Source of the DNA: Acidimicrobiales bacterium
Lineage (GTDB): Bacteria; Actinomycetota; Acidimicrobiia; Acidimicrobiales; JACDCH01
Assembly: GCA_035937605.1 (NCBI GenBank)
Contig: DASZHU010000146.1
Location: forward strand, 1-34,985
DNA: 34,985 nt
Direction of reading: 5' to 3'
Under the pieces are notes generated by a model. The model worked only from the letters and a program-made list of their open reading frames with translations. It was not told the DNA's origin and did no database searches. Numbering within the stretch: position 1 is the first letter of the stretch; each line of letters opens with the position of its first letter. Position numbers and translations under genes: made by a program. Positions 16,164-24,868 of the stretch are shown in pieces.

Positions 16164-16223
16164 CACACACACGGGCTCCACACCTGTGTGGCTCCACACA
16201 CGCTCCACACACGGGCTCCACAC
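16155..16223 (+). repeat. Five-fold direct reiteration of the tRNA-Thr 3' end (CGGGCTCCACAC / GCTCCACAC units)
   Basis: CGGGCTCCACAC is exact at 16155-16166 (the tRNA end), 16172-16183 and 16212-16223. The shorter GCTCCACAC occurs at 16191-16199 and 16202-16210. The tract includes a (CA)5 run and the palindrome CCACAC-CT-GTGTGG (16178-16191). Confidence 0.85.
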
Positions 16224-16244
16224 CCTCCGGCCTTCTGGCGTCAA

Positions 16245-17555
16245 TCAGTTCGAAATACCGAACTCCATGACGCCAGAACGGGATGCGACGTCGCTGTCGA
16301 CGGTGAGCTCGATGGCGCGGTTGCGCCGAACGGCGGTGAGCACGAGCGCGGACGTCGCGGTGACCGTGCCGGCGAGCGCGAACCCCGCGCGCGGATTCCA
16401 GTGCTGGCACACCCAACCCACGAACGGCCCGCCGACGACCGTGCTGCCGAGCGTGAGGAAGCTGTAGATCCCCATGACGCGGCCACGGAAGTGGGGCGCC
16501 GACCACATCTGCATGTGTGCGTTCGAAGTCGACCCGAAGAACACCGCCAACGCGCCGACCGGTACGAGCGCGACCATCACGAGCGCCTCGGCGGGCAGGA
16601 ACGCCGCCACGACCATCGAGAGGCCGAGCAGCGTCGCCGCGCCCAGAACGGTGCGGGAGCTCTGGCGCGATCGGTGTGCGGCGGACAGCGCGCCGATGAC
16701 GGTCCCGGCACCGAGCACCGCCATGAGCAGGCCGGCGAGCCCGGCACCGCCCTGGAAGGTGTCCTGGGCCATGAGCGTGAGGAACGTCGGGAAGTTGTAC
16801 ACGAGGGTGCCGACGACGCCGACCAGCACGATGGTCGCCCGGATCTCCGTGATGCTCCACGTGTAGGCGAGGCCCTCGCGCACGTGCGGCCGGGTCGAGG
16901 GCAGGTGCAGCGGCCGGAGATCAGCTCGGCGCATCGCCAGCAGCGCGATCACCACCGCAACGAATGAGATCGCGTTGACGAAGAACACCCACGACTCACC
17001 GATCGCGGCGATCATGAGCCCGGCGATCGCTGGTCCGGTGATTCGGGCGGAGTTGCTCACTGCGCTGTTGAGCGCCACCGCGTTCGACAGGCGATCGCGG
17101 CCGACCATCTCCTCGATGAAGGCGTGATGCGCCGGTTGATCGACCACCGTCACGAGCCCGAGCGCGACCGCCAGCGCGAACACCATCCACGCCTGCACCA
17201 CGCCGGTGAAGACGAGCAGCCACAGCACGAGCGCCAGCATCCCCGCGAGCGACTGCGTGATGATTAGTACGGTCCGCCGGTCGTAGCGGTCGACGATCGC
17301 GCCACCCCACAAACCGAACAGCAGCACCGGCAGGAACCGGAACGCGAACGTGGCCCCGACGGCGGCGCCGCTGTGCGTCAGCGTGAGCACGAGCCACGCC
17401 TCCGCCATCGTTTGCATCCACGAGCCGGTGTGCGAGATCAGCTCACCCGCGAAGTACAGGCGGTAGTTGTACGTGTCGAGCGAGCCGAACGTCCGCCGCA
17501 GCGCCATTCCGACTCTCCGCCCGCGCGACGGCGGCGGAACGAGCGGGCGCGCCAT
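16245..17555 (-). CDS. MFS transporter (EntS/MFS_3-like)
   Basis: 436-aa, roughly 12-TM protein. Contains FRFLPVLLFGLWGGAIVDRYDRR, the motif typical of this MFS subgroup. Confidence 0.85.
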   Translation of the reverse strand: MARPLVPPPSRGRRVGMALRRTFGSLDTYNYRLYFAGELISHTGSWMQTMAEAWLVLTLTHSGAAVGATFAFRFLPVLLFGLWGGAIVDRYDRRTVLIITQSLAGMLALVLWLLVFTGVVQAWMVFALAVALGLVTVVDQPAHHAFIEEMVGRDRLSNAVALNSAVSNSARITGPAIAGLMIAAIGESWVFFVNAISFVAVVIALLAMRRADLRPLHLPSTRPHVREGLAYTWSITEIRATIVLVGVVGTLVYNFPTFLTLMAQDTFQGGAGLAGLLMAVLGAGTVIGALSAAHRSRQSSRTVLGAATLLGLSMVVAAFLPAEALVMVALVPVGALAVFFGSTSNAHMQMWSAPHFRGRVMGIYSFLTLGSTVVGGPFVGWVCQHWNPRAGFALAGTVTATSALVLTAVRRNRAIELTVDSDVASRSGVMEFGISN

Positions 17556-17606
17556 GGCTGGCCCGAGAGTACCGATGTCGGCCGCGCGGCCCCAACCGAT
17601 TCGGTG

Positions 17607-18002
17607 TCAGGCGGTGTGTCGGAGCAGACCGGTGAGCGCGGTCGCGAACACGGCGCCGGTGGCGGCGACGAAGAGCCCGCCCATCGGCTGCGCGCCGGCG
17701 TGGAGCGTCACCCTCGCGACAGCACCGAGCAGAACGAGGCTCGCCGCGCCGCACAGTCCGAAGCTCGCCGTGAGGAGGGCCCGCCGGGTTCCACCCCCGA
17801 TTCGCCAGCGCAGGATCAACGCGCCGACAATTCCGCCGAGCAGCAAGGTGAGGTTGCCGAGACCGTCGGTGCCGCGCACGGTGTGGCCGAGCTGCTGTGC
17901 CCAAGGGAGAAACGAGCCGATCGAGACGGCGGCCACCGCGAGATACAGCGCGGTGACGCGGTCCGACGATGGGACGGCCGCGCTCGACGTGGTCGCGGTC
18001 AC
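17607..18002 (-). CDS. Small hydrophobic membrane protein, unknown function
   Basis: Three to four TM helices (ALYLAVAAVSIGSFLPW, LTLLLGGIVGALILRW, LLTASFGLCGAASLVLLGAV, GGLFVAATGAVFATALTGLL) with G/C-rich third positions. The longest ORF extends to 18170, but that N-terminal 56 aa is Gly/Arg/Asp-rich. GTG 18002 is a plausible start. Confidence 0.55.
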   Translation of the reverse strand: MTATTSSAAVPSSDRVTALYLAVAAVSIGSFLPWAQQLGHTVRGTDGLGNLTLLLGGIVGALILRWRIGGGTRRALLTASFGLCGAASLVLLGAVARVTLHAGAQPMGGLFVAATGAVFATALTGLLRHTA

Positions 18003-18222
18003 GACCCGGCGCGCTCCGGTCGATGCCACACCCCGTCCACCGACTTCCACCAACCCGAGGGATGGGTGACCGTGCTGATCGGCAGTGACGCCGACTCCTG
18101 CTCTTCGACCTCGATCGCTTCCGTCATTCCGGTCACCATCTGCCATATCTCCCGAAATCGGAAGAATCATTCGAAAAACGACACGATGTGACTAGACCGT
18201 CGGCACCGCGGGCGTGCTTCTT

Positions 18223-18228
18223 TAGAGT
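18223..18228 (+). promoter_or_regulatory. Candidate -10 hexamer TAGAGT placed for a leaderless transcript of the DinB-like gene
   Basis: A TANNNT hexamer ends 7 nt before ATG 18236, and no Shine-Dalgarno sequence lies between. The region just upstream (18140-18200) is locally AT-rich. Confidence 0.25.
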
Positions 18229-18235
18229 CCGGCCC

Positions 18236-19033
18236 ATGAGTCCCGCCGTGTCCCCGTCGATCGACCATCTCGAGCTCGCCTGGCGGTCGGTCGAATCGCT
18301 GTGCGCCGACCTGACCGAGGCGCAGTGGAACACCCCGACGGGCTGTCCCGGGTGGTCGGTGAAGGACAACCTCTCGCACCTCGTCGACTACGAGGCGCGG
18401 GCGTTGGGCCGGGCGGGACCCGACCACGCGCCCGCCGATGTGTCGCACACGAAGAACCCGTTGGGTGAGAGCAACGAGGTCGGCGTCGACTTCCGTCGCG
18501 CGGCGTCGGGAGCGACGGTGCTCGATGAGTTCCGGGAGGTGACCGCCGCGCGATCCGAGCAGCTGCGAGCGCTCCGCGCCGAGGACCTCCGCGCCGAGAT
18601 GGTGACGCCCGCCGGTCCCGGCACGCTCGCCGACATGCTCACCCTCCGCGTGATGGACACGTGGTCTCACGAGCAGGACATTCGTCGCGCCCTCGGGCGC
18701 CCGGGTCATGTCGACGGCCCGGCGGTGGTCGAGTCGGTCGAGTACTGGGCGCGGGTGCTGCCGTTGATCGTCGCCAAGCGCGCCGCCGCGTCCGACGGCT
18801 CGACCGTGCTCGTGGAGGTCGGTGACGTGTGTCGTCGTTCCATTGCCGTCGAGGGCGGCCGTGCCAGCGTCGTCGACGGGATCGCGGGGACACCGACGGT
18901 GGCGTTGAAGATTCCCGCCGCCACGTTTGCCGCGCTCGTCGGCGGCCGCTCCGACGCGCCCGATGACGTCCTCGTCGAAGGCGACGAGGCACTCGGGCGA
19001 GCCATCGTCGCAAAGCTGGGGTTCATGCCATAG
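18236..19033 (+). CDS. DinB / mycothiol-dependent maleylpyruvate-isomerase N-terminal-domain family protein
   Basis: Contains HLELAWRSVESLCADLTEAQWNTPTGCPGWSVKDNLSHLV...VMDTWSHEQDIRRALG, characteristic of the actinobacterial DinB-like family. The internal ATG 18236 is preferred over 18188. Confidence 0.8.
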   Translation: MSPAVSPSIDHLELAWRSVESLCADLTEAQWNTPTGCPGWSVKDNLSHLVDYEARALGRAGPDHAPADVSHTKNPLGESNEVGVDFRRAASGATVLDEFREVTAARSEQLRALRAEDLRAEMVTPAGPGTLADMLTLRVMDTWSHEQDIRRALGRPGHVDGPAVVESVEYWARVLPLIVAKRAAASDGSTVLVEVGDVCRRSIAVEGGRASVVDGIAGTPTVALKIPAATFAALVGGRSDAPDDVLVEGDEALGRAIVAKLGFMP

Positions 19034-19141
19034 CGGTGCGATGGTCGGGGCCGTAGCCTCGCGACTGGTGGGACCGCGGCACGCGCCTGACGGGTGAAGT
19101 GTTGCGGTAGCTCGGGCTCGGGCGTGGGGAAGGAGCGTGCG

Positions 19142-20884
19142 ATGCCGCTGAAGTGGGTGGAGTACGAGGGCGGCGGCGGCAACGAGGGACACCACGACGT
19201 CGACCTGACGTGGCTAAAGCGGCTGAGCGATGCAGATCTGCCGACGCTGGAGAGCGACGCGATCGACGAGCTCACGAAGGCGAGGAAGGCCTACAACGAG
19301 ACCACGAGTCCGAACCATGGGCCACTCGCGTCCTGGGTTTCCACCTGGGAGCGTGCTGTCGCGGAGATTCGCCAGGAGATCACCCGTCGCAAAACGCCAG
19401 TTGACGATCTCTTCGCTGGTGTCGCCGGCAATGACAACAAGCTCGTCTTCGACGCCCCGGCGAACACCGATCCGACGCTTGACACCGGCCATTACGACGA
19501 TGGCCACACGTTCGGTTGGAAGTCACCGGGCGGACCTGCGCCCGCGGCGACGGGCGTTACGCCGGAGCCGCTCGTAACCAAGTCCCATGTCGACGAGCTG
19601 CTCAACCGTGTGCAGCCGCGAGCGGAACCGACGTCACCGTCGAGTCTGGCGTCAACGGCGGACGTCTGGGCGCACGGTGACTACTGGGGAGATGGGTGGT
19701 GGAGTTACCAGGGCATCTGGTACTGGTCCGATGGCTGGACGGTGCTGGGGATAACCAACAACTACGTCTGGTACCTGGGCTACAACGGCACCTGGGTCAA
19801 GTACATGGACAGCGCGACGTACTGGGCCAAGGTGTACAGCGGCTGGGGCACGAACGTCACGACGTTCGTCGACACGCAGGTTGAGCAGCCGACGTTGCCG
19901 CCCAACGAAGTGTTCACGCCGCAACCGACGAGCCCCACGTTGGAGATCGCCGACGCCGGGACGAGCACGAAGACCAAGGTCGCGATCGGCGGCGGCATCC
20001 TGCTCGCCTGCTGTGCGGTCGCGGCGTTCGTGCTCATCGACCGGGGCGGGTCATCAACCAAGAACACGAGTGCCCCGGTGGTCGCAGGCGTGACGCCGGG
20101 CGCACAACTGTCCAACAGCAGCGCATCGAGTGGCGCGGTTGTGGCCGCAACGCCGCCCCCGAACACGGTGCTGGCCAGTTGCTTTCAGTTGGCGGTGAGT
20201 CCCGGTGCGACCATGTTCATCCCCACGTTCATCACCGCCCCGATGGTGCCGGGCGCGTATCAGGTCACGTTGAGGACGGGCAACGGCGACGTCACCGGGT
20301 CAGGCACCGTTGCTTCGGGTGCGACCTGGGCGGAGGTGCAGTTGGGGTTCACTCGCTTCACTGACATCACCGCCATCAACATCAGCGGACCGAACGGCCC
20401 GATCGCGCCGGGCACGTTCGCCAGTCAACTGCCGTTCCCGTTGGACGCCGCCCATGACCATCCAACCGATTGTGACGGCAGCAAGCTCACCATCCCTGTT
20501 CAACCTCCTTCGGGCGGCGGGGCCGACATCAAGACGCAGATGGCGACGTTTCTGGACACACTCGCCAACAACACCCACAGCCCGGCTGGCGTCGACGGCC
20601 TGATGGCCACGCTGAACCGTGCCGTCACCGATGTGTTCGGCGTCGATCAATGCCGATCGTTCCTGGCCACGACCACCGATCCGAGCGCGGCCTTCACGGT
20701 GCTCGACCTCAGCGCGCCCGGCCCGTTCGACTACACCATCGGTGCCCACACAACGACCGTGCCCGACACGTTCACCGTCACCACGCGGCACACTCACAAC
20801 GGTCAGACCACCCAAGACGCGGTTCATGTCGCCCGCGGCTCCGACGGATCGCTGTCCTGGTTCACCCGCTGCACCAGCGGCTGA
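19142..20884 (+). CDS. Orphan single-pass membrane protein (about 580 aa) with a Trp/Tyr/Gly-rich aromatic repeat block
   Basis: GGGGAAGGAG RBS precedes ATG 19142. No signal peptide. An aromatic block lies at 19661-19849, a TM helix (VAIGGGILLACCAVAAFVLI) at about 19979-20040, and a Thr/Ser/Gly-rich beta-type domain follows C-terminally. I recognise no known family. Confidence 0.7.
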   Translation: MPLKWVEYEGGGGNEGHHDVDLTWLKRLSDADLPTLESDAIDELTKARKAYNETTSPNHGPLASWVSTWERAVAEIRQEITRRKTPVDDLFAGVAGNDNKLVFDAPANTDPTLDTGHYDDGHTFGWKSPGGPAPAATGVTPEPLVTKSHVDELLNRVQPRAEPTSPSSLASTADVWAHGDYWGDGWWSYQGIWYWSDGWTVLGITNNYVWYLGYNGTWVKYMDSATYWAKVYSGWGTNVTTFVDTQVEQPTLPPNEVFTPQPTSPTLEIADAGTSTKTKVAIGGGILLACCAVAAFVLIDRGGSSTKNTSAPVVAGVTPGAQLSNSSASSGAVVAATPPPNTVLASCFQLAVSPGATMFIPTFITAPMVPGAYQVTLRTGNGDVTGSGTVASGATWAEVQLGFTRFTDITAINISGPNGPIAPGTFASQLPFPLDAAHDHPTDCDGSKLTIPVQPPSGGGADIKTQMATFLDTLANNTHSPAGVDGLMATLNRAVTDVFGVDQCRSFLATTTDPSAAFTVLDLSAPGPFDYTIGAHTTTVPDTFTVTTRHTHNGQTTQDAVHVARGSDGSLSWFTRCTSG

Positions 20885-20891
20885 AACGCCC

Positions 20892-21101
20892 CTACGCAGA
20901 CGAGTCGGCGACCGGCTTGGCCACACCGAGCGCGACCGCATCATCCCAGCGGATCAAGAACCACTCGTCGCAACGCTCGCAACGGCACCAGACCCGGCCT
21001 TCGTCTACCTCCACGCGCTGGGACCGCAAGTCCTGATACTCGTTGCAGTGACGGCATTGGGCGCGCAACGGGCGATCGGGCGACAAGTCTCGACGCTCCA
21101 C
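20892..21101 (-). CDS. Small Zn-ribbon-like protein (69 aa; 89 aa if GTG 21161 is used)
   Basis: This is the C-terminal tail of the otherwise spurious 381-aa ORF 20892..22037. It reads VERRDLSPDRPLRAQCRHCNEYQDLRSQRVEVDEGRVWCRCERCDEWFLIRWDD..., with CxxC ... CxCxxC. AGGAG lies 4 nt upstream of GTG 21101. It follows the FGGY kinase on the same strand. Confidence 0.5.
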   Translation of the reverse strand: MERRDLSPDRPLRAQCRHCNEYQDLRSQRVEVDEGRVWCRCERCDEWFLIRWDDAVALGVAKPVADSSA

Positions 21102-21192
21102 GGTGCTCCTATCGGCTGCCCGATCACCGATCTTGAACAGTCCCTGCGGCTTCTCGATCACCGGAAATGCCGCGCACCGCTGACCTGCACCG

Positions 21193-22785
21193 CTACGAAT
21201 CGCGGCTGGTCCCCTTGTTCTGCGGGCGGTTGAGCCGGTGGAACATGTCCTTCTGCGCCTTGTAGAGCTTGGTGAACTCCGCGTAGAGCCGGTCGTACTC
21301 GCCGTGCGTCGACGCATCCGGGGTGAACGTTGCGTCGATCGGCGCGTGGTCGCGGACGCTGGCGCGCTCGACGTCGCCGAGCGCGATGCCAGCGAGCAGG
21401 GCCGCGCCGCGGAGGCCCGTGTGCATCGGATCCGCCAGCCGTTCGACCGAGCGGTCCATGACGTCGGCGTGGATCTGGCACCAGAGATCGGAGCGGGCGC
21501 CTCCGCCGAACACGCGGATCGGCTCGAGCCGCCGCTTCGCGAACTTCTCGACCGCGTCGTGCAGCCATCGAGCGTTGAACGCGACCCCTTCGAGCACCGC
21601 GCGCACCAACACGGCGCGATTCGCCTCGATGCCCACGTTGTGGAAGCCAGCACGCGCGGTCTTGTCGTCGACCGGCGAGCGCTCGCCCGTGAGCCACGGC
21701 GTGAACAACACACCGTTCGCCCCCGCCGGTACGGACTCGGCGAGTGCACACAACGCGTCGAAGTCGGGACGCGCGCCGGTCGAGAGCGCGTCGTCGGGCG
21801 CGACGACCATGTCGCGCAGCCACTGCAGGCACGCGCCGGCGGTCTCGTGGTTGTTGGCGACGAGGTAACCGTCCGGTCCCGCTCCCGGCACCGATGCGAT
21901 TTGCGTGGGGATGTCGGTCTTCTTGAACGGAACCGGGCAACTGATCCACGACGTGGTGCTGATCGCCATGTGGGTCTGGAAGTCGAGCACCGTGCCCGCT
22001 CCGACCGACGCGGAGTGCAGGTCGGGTGTGCCGGCAACGACCTGTACCCCGTGCGGCAAGTCGAGCTCGTCGGCCAGGTCGTCGCGGACCGTTCCGATGA
22101 TGGATGCGGTCGGGCGCAACGGCGCGAGCTTCGAGGCGTCGACCCCCGAGAGCTCGATGAGCTTGCGGTCGTACGCGAGCGTCGAGAGGTTGCGGTTGTC
22201 GGTGAGCCACGCGCCGGTCATCGAGGCGTGGGTGGCGATCGCCTCACCGGTGAACCGCATGCCGAGGTAGTCGACCGGCTCGAGATACCAGCGCGCGGCG
22301 CGGGCGATGTCGGGGCGATCGGTGGCGAGGTGCAGCATGTGGCCGATCGGGTCGGCGCCGCTCGTCGCGGGCGCGCCGCCGGTTCGTCGGATCCAGTTCG
22401 CGATCGCCTTCGCCTTGTAGCCGGAGACCTTGCCGCCGATGCGGCGGCGGACGTGACGCCCGCCGCGGGTGTCCATCCAGAGGATGCACGGTCCGACGGG
22501 GACCCCCTGATCGTCGACCGGAACCGTGCTCGCCCATTCGCCGGTCGTGCTGACGGCGACGAGCTTGCCCGGATCGATCACGCCCGACCGCAGGGCCGCC
22601 CGGGTGGCGTCGCTGATCAGCCGCCACCACTCGTCGGCGTCCTGCTCGGCCCCGCCGTGCGGCAGGTGCACGGTCGTGAGCTCGGCGTCGGCCGTCCACA
22701 TGATCTCGCCGGTGGTGGACACGATCCCCACCTTGAGCCCGGTGGTGCCGAGATCGACGGCGAGCACGTACCGGTCGCTGGTCAT
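21193..22785 (-). CDS. FGGY-family carbohydrate kinase (xylulokinase-like)
   Basis: Contains YVLAVDLGTTGLKVGIV, the EQDADEWW block and a C-terminal FGGGARSDLWCQI motif. Confidence 0.9.
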   Translation of the reverse strand: MTSDRYVLAVDLGTTGLKVGIVSTTGEIMWTADAELTTVHLPHGGAEQDADEWWRLISDATRAALRSGVIDPGKLVAVSTTGEWASTVPVDDQGVPVGPCILWMDTRGGRHVRRRIGGKVSGYKAKAIANWIRRTGGAPATSGADPIGHMLHLATDRPDIARAARWYLEPVDYLGMRFTGEAIATHASMTGAWLTDNRNLSTLAYDRKLIELSGVDASKLAPLRPTASIIGTVRDDLADELDLPHGVQVVAGTPDLHSASVGAGTVLDFQTHMAISTTSWISCPVPFKKTDIPTQIASVPGAGPDGYLVANNHETAGACLQWLRDMVVAPDDALSTGARPDFDALCALAESVPAGANGVLFTPWLTGERSPVDDKTARAGFHNVGIEANRAVLVRAVLEGVAFNARWLHDAVEKFAKRRLEPIRVFGGGARSDLWCQIHADVMDRSVERLADPMHTGLRGAALLAGIALGDVERASVRDHAPIDATFTPDASTHGEYDRLYAEFTKLYKAQKDMFHRLNRPQNKGTSRDS

Positions 22786-23459
22786 CCTCGGGCCTCGAAG
22801 AACTCCACGATCCAGTCGCCGATCGTCTCGGCGTCCTTGCGATCGGCCACGCGCTCGAGGCTCGCCTTCGCGCGCGCGGTGAGCTCGGGCCCGATCCGGT
22901 CAACTCGAGCATCGAGCAGCGCGTCGAGGTACTCGACCGAGAACTCGGGATGGGCCTGCACACCGAGCATCGCGCCGGTCTGGAAGGCGGCGATCGGGCA
23001 GTGGTCGGCCCGTCCGAGGACGATCCCGCCGTCCGGCACGGCAACCACTTGGTCCTGATGCAGATACAGCAGGGGGGCGTCGGCGCCGGTGGCGTCGATC
23101 GTGGTGTCGATCGCGCCGACGCCCCAGCCGACGGCCGCCTTCTCGGTGCGGCCGCCAAGCGCGTGCGCAAGAAGCTGATGTCCGAAGCAGATGCCGACGT
23201 ACGGCGCGTCCGAACGCGCCACGTCGCGTACGAAGCCCTGGAGTGCGGCGATCCACGCGCTGTCGTCGTACACGGAGAACCGCGACCCGGTCGCGAGCCA
23301 CCCGTCGCACTCGTCCGGCGTGGCGGGAAGCACGCCGTTGACCGCGTCGTAGTGCACCAGCTCGACGTCGAGGAGGTTCGCGAACATGTCGCAGTAGTCG
23401 CCGTCGATCGCCACGAGGCGGTCGTCGACATGGTCGCACTCGAGGAGGCCGATCCGCAT
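22782..23459 (-). CDS. Class I glutamine amidotransferase-like protein (GATase1)
   Basis: MRIGLLECDH..., nucleophile elbow VGICFGHQLLAHALGG, and HPE in VQAHPEFS. ATG 23459 is used; the listed 426-aa ORF is an Arg-rich upstream extension. Its stop overlaps the kinase start (ATGA at 22782-22785). Confidence 0.85.
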   Translation of the reverse strand: MRIGLLECDHVDDRLVAIDGDYCDMFANLLDVELVHYDAVNGVLPATPDECDGWLATGSRFSVYDDSAWIAALQGFVRDVARSDAPYVGICFGHQLLAHALGGRTEKAAVGWGVGAIDTTIDATGADAPLLYLHQDQVVAVPDGGIVLGRADHCPIAAFQTGAMLGVQAHPEFSVEYLDALLDARVDRIGPELTARAKASLERVADRKDAETIGDWIVEFFEARG

Positions 23460-23461
23460 CG

Positions 23462-24853
23462 CTACAGCTCCGTTCGCAGGTGGAACGACTTGGGTCGCGT
23501 CAGCACCTGGTAACCGAGTGCGGACAAGGTGACGCCACGACCGGAGTCCTTCACTCCCGTCCACGCGAGCGCGGGGTCGAGGTAGTCGCAGCGATTGAGG
23601 TACCAAGTGCCCGTCTCGACGCGGTCGCCGATCGCCTCGGCGGCGTCGGCATCGGCCGTCCAGACCGACGCGGTGAGGCCGTACGCGCTGTCGTTCATCA
23701 GCGTGATGGCCTGGTCGTCGTCGTGTACGGCCATGATGCCGACGACTGGCCCGAAGGTCTCCTCGGTCATCACCCTCATGGAGTGGTCGACGTCGACGAG
23801 CACCTGAGGCGCGAGGTACGCGGTGCCCGGTTCGTCCGCCGGAAACTGGGCGGGATCGATCAGCGGGCGCGCCCCTTGCTTCACGGCCTCGGCGGTCTGG
23901 TCGCGCACGAAGGCCGCCGCTTGGCTGCGGACCACCGGCCCGATCGTCGTGGCCGGATCGAGCGGGTTGCCGAGGCGATACCGCTTCGTGACGGCCACGA
24001 ACCCGTCGACGAACTCGTCGTGCACACGCGCATCGACGTAGATGCGCTCGATTCCGCAACACGACTGGCCGGCGTTGAAGAACGATCCGTCCACCAGCTC
24101 CTCGATCGTGCGCTCGAGGTTGGCATCGGCGCGGACGTACGCGGGGTCCTTGCCACCGAGCTCGAGCCCAGTCGCCATGAATCGGTTGGCGGCGGCGCGC
24201 TGCACGGCGTGTCCACCCTCGACCGATCCCGTGAACGCAACGAAGTCGACGCGTGCGTCACCGACCATGGCGGCGACGCCCTGGTGGTCAGCGTGGACGT
24301 GTTGGAACAAACCCTCGGGCACGCCGGCCGCCGCGAACGCCTGCGACCATCGTTCGGCGACGAGCGGCGTCTGGCTCGCGACCTTGAGCACGACCGCGTT
24401 GCCGGCAATGATCGCCGGCACGATCGCGTTCACGGCCGCGAGGTACGGATAGTTCCACGGCGCGACCACGAGCACGACACCGAGTGGGTCGTGGCGGATG
24501 AATCGCCGGAAGCCCGGCCTCGGCTCGAGCTCGTCATCGGCCAGGGCCGCGGCGCCGATGGCGATCATGTGCCGGGCGCGCTCGTCGAACCCGCGACGGA
24601 TCTCGATCGGGCCGTGCGCGATCGGCCGGCCCATCTGCCATGCCAGCTCCTCCGCGATCGGATCGGCCTCGTCGACCATCGCCGAGACCATCCGCGCACA
24701 GGCCTCCGCTCGTTCGTCGACGGTCGTCGCCCGCCACGTGCGCTGCGCGACCCGAGCCCGTTTGAGCATCGCGTCGATCTCGTCGTGGGTGGCGAGCCGC
24801 CGCGTCGCGTACACCGACCCGTCGATCGGGCTCACCGTCCGCAGCTCTGCCAC
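23462..24853 (-). CDS. NAD(P)-dependent aldehyde dehydrogenase family protein
   Basis: Glu block LELGGKDP and Cys block FFNAGQSCCGIERIYV. 463 aa. Its stop lies 2 nt before the GATase start. Confidence 0.92.
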   Translation of the reverse strand: MAELRTVSPIDGSVYATRRLATHDEIDAMLKRARVAQRTWRATTVDERAEACARMVSAMVDEADPIAEELAWQMGRPIAHGPIEIRRGFDERARHMIAIGAAALADDELEPRPGFRRFIRHDPLGVVLVVAPWNYPYLAAVNAIVPAIIAGNAVVLKVASQTPLVAERWSQAFAAAGVPEGLFQHVHADHQGVAAMVGDARVDFVAFTGSVEGGHAVQRAAANRFMATGLELGGKDPAYVRADANLERTIEELVDGSFFNAGQSCCGIERIYVDARVHDEFVDGFVAVTKRYRLGNPLDPATTIGPVVRSQAAAFVRDQTAEAVKQGARPLIDPAQFPADEPGTAYLAPQVLVDVDHSMRVMTEETFGPVVGIMAVHDDDQAITLMNDSAYGLTASVWTADADAAEAIGDRVETGTWYLNRCDYLDPALAWTGVKDSGRGVTLSALGYQVLTRPKSFHLRTEL

Positions 24854-24868
24854 GGTCCGAGACGCTAG

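Noticed and set aside
16125-16967. 280-aa + ORF starting inside the tRNA and reading through the repeat array (…APHTHGLHTCVAPHTLHTRAPH…)
   Set aside because: It is an artefact of the tRNA-end repeats followed by the antisense of the MFS gene. It has no RBS and shadow-like composition.
13792-21190. Intact genomic island or prophage at tRNA-Thr
   Set aside because: No integrase, excisionase, transposase or phage structural gene is recognisable in any frame on either side of the tRNA. Only remnants and att-like repeats remain, so it is reported as scars rather than as a mobile element.
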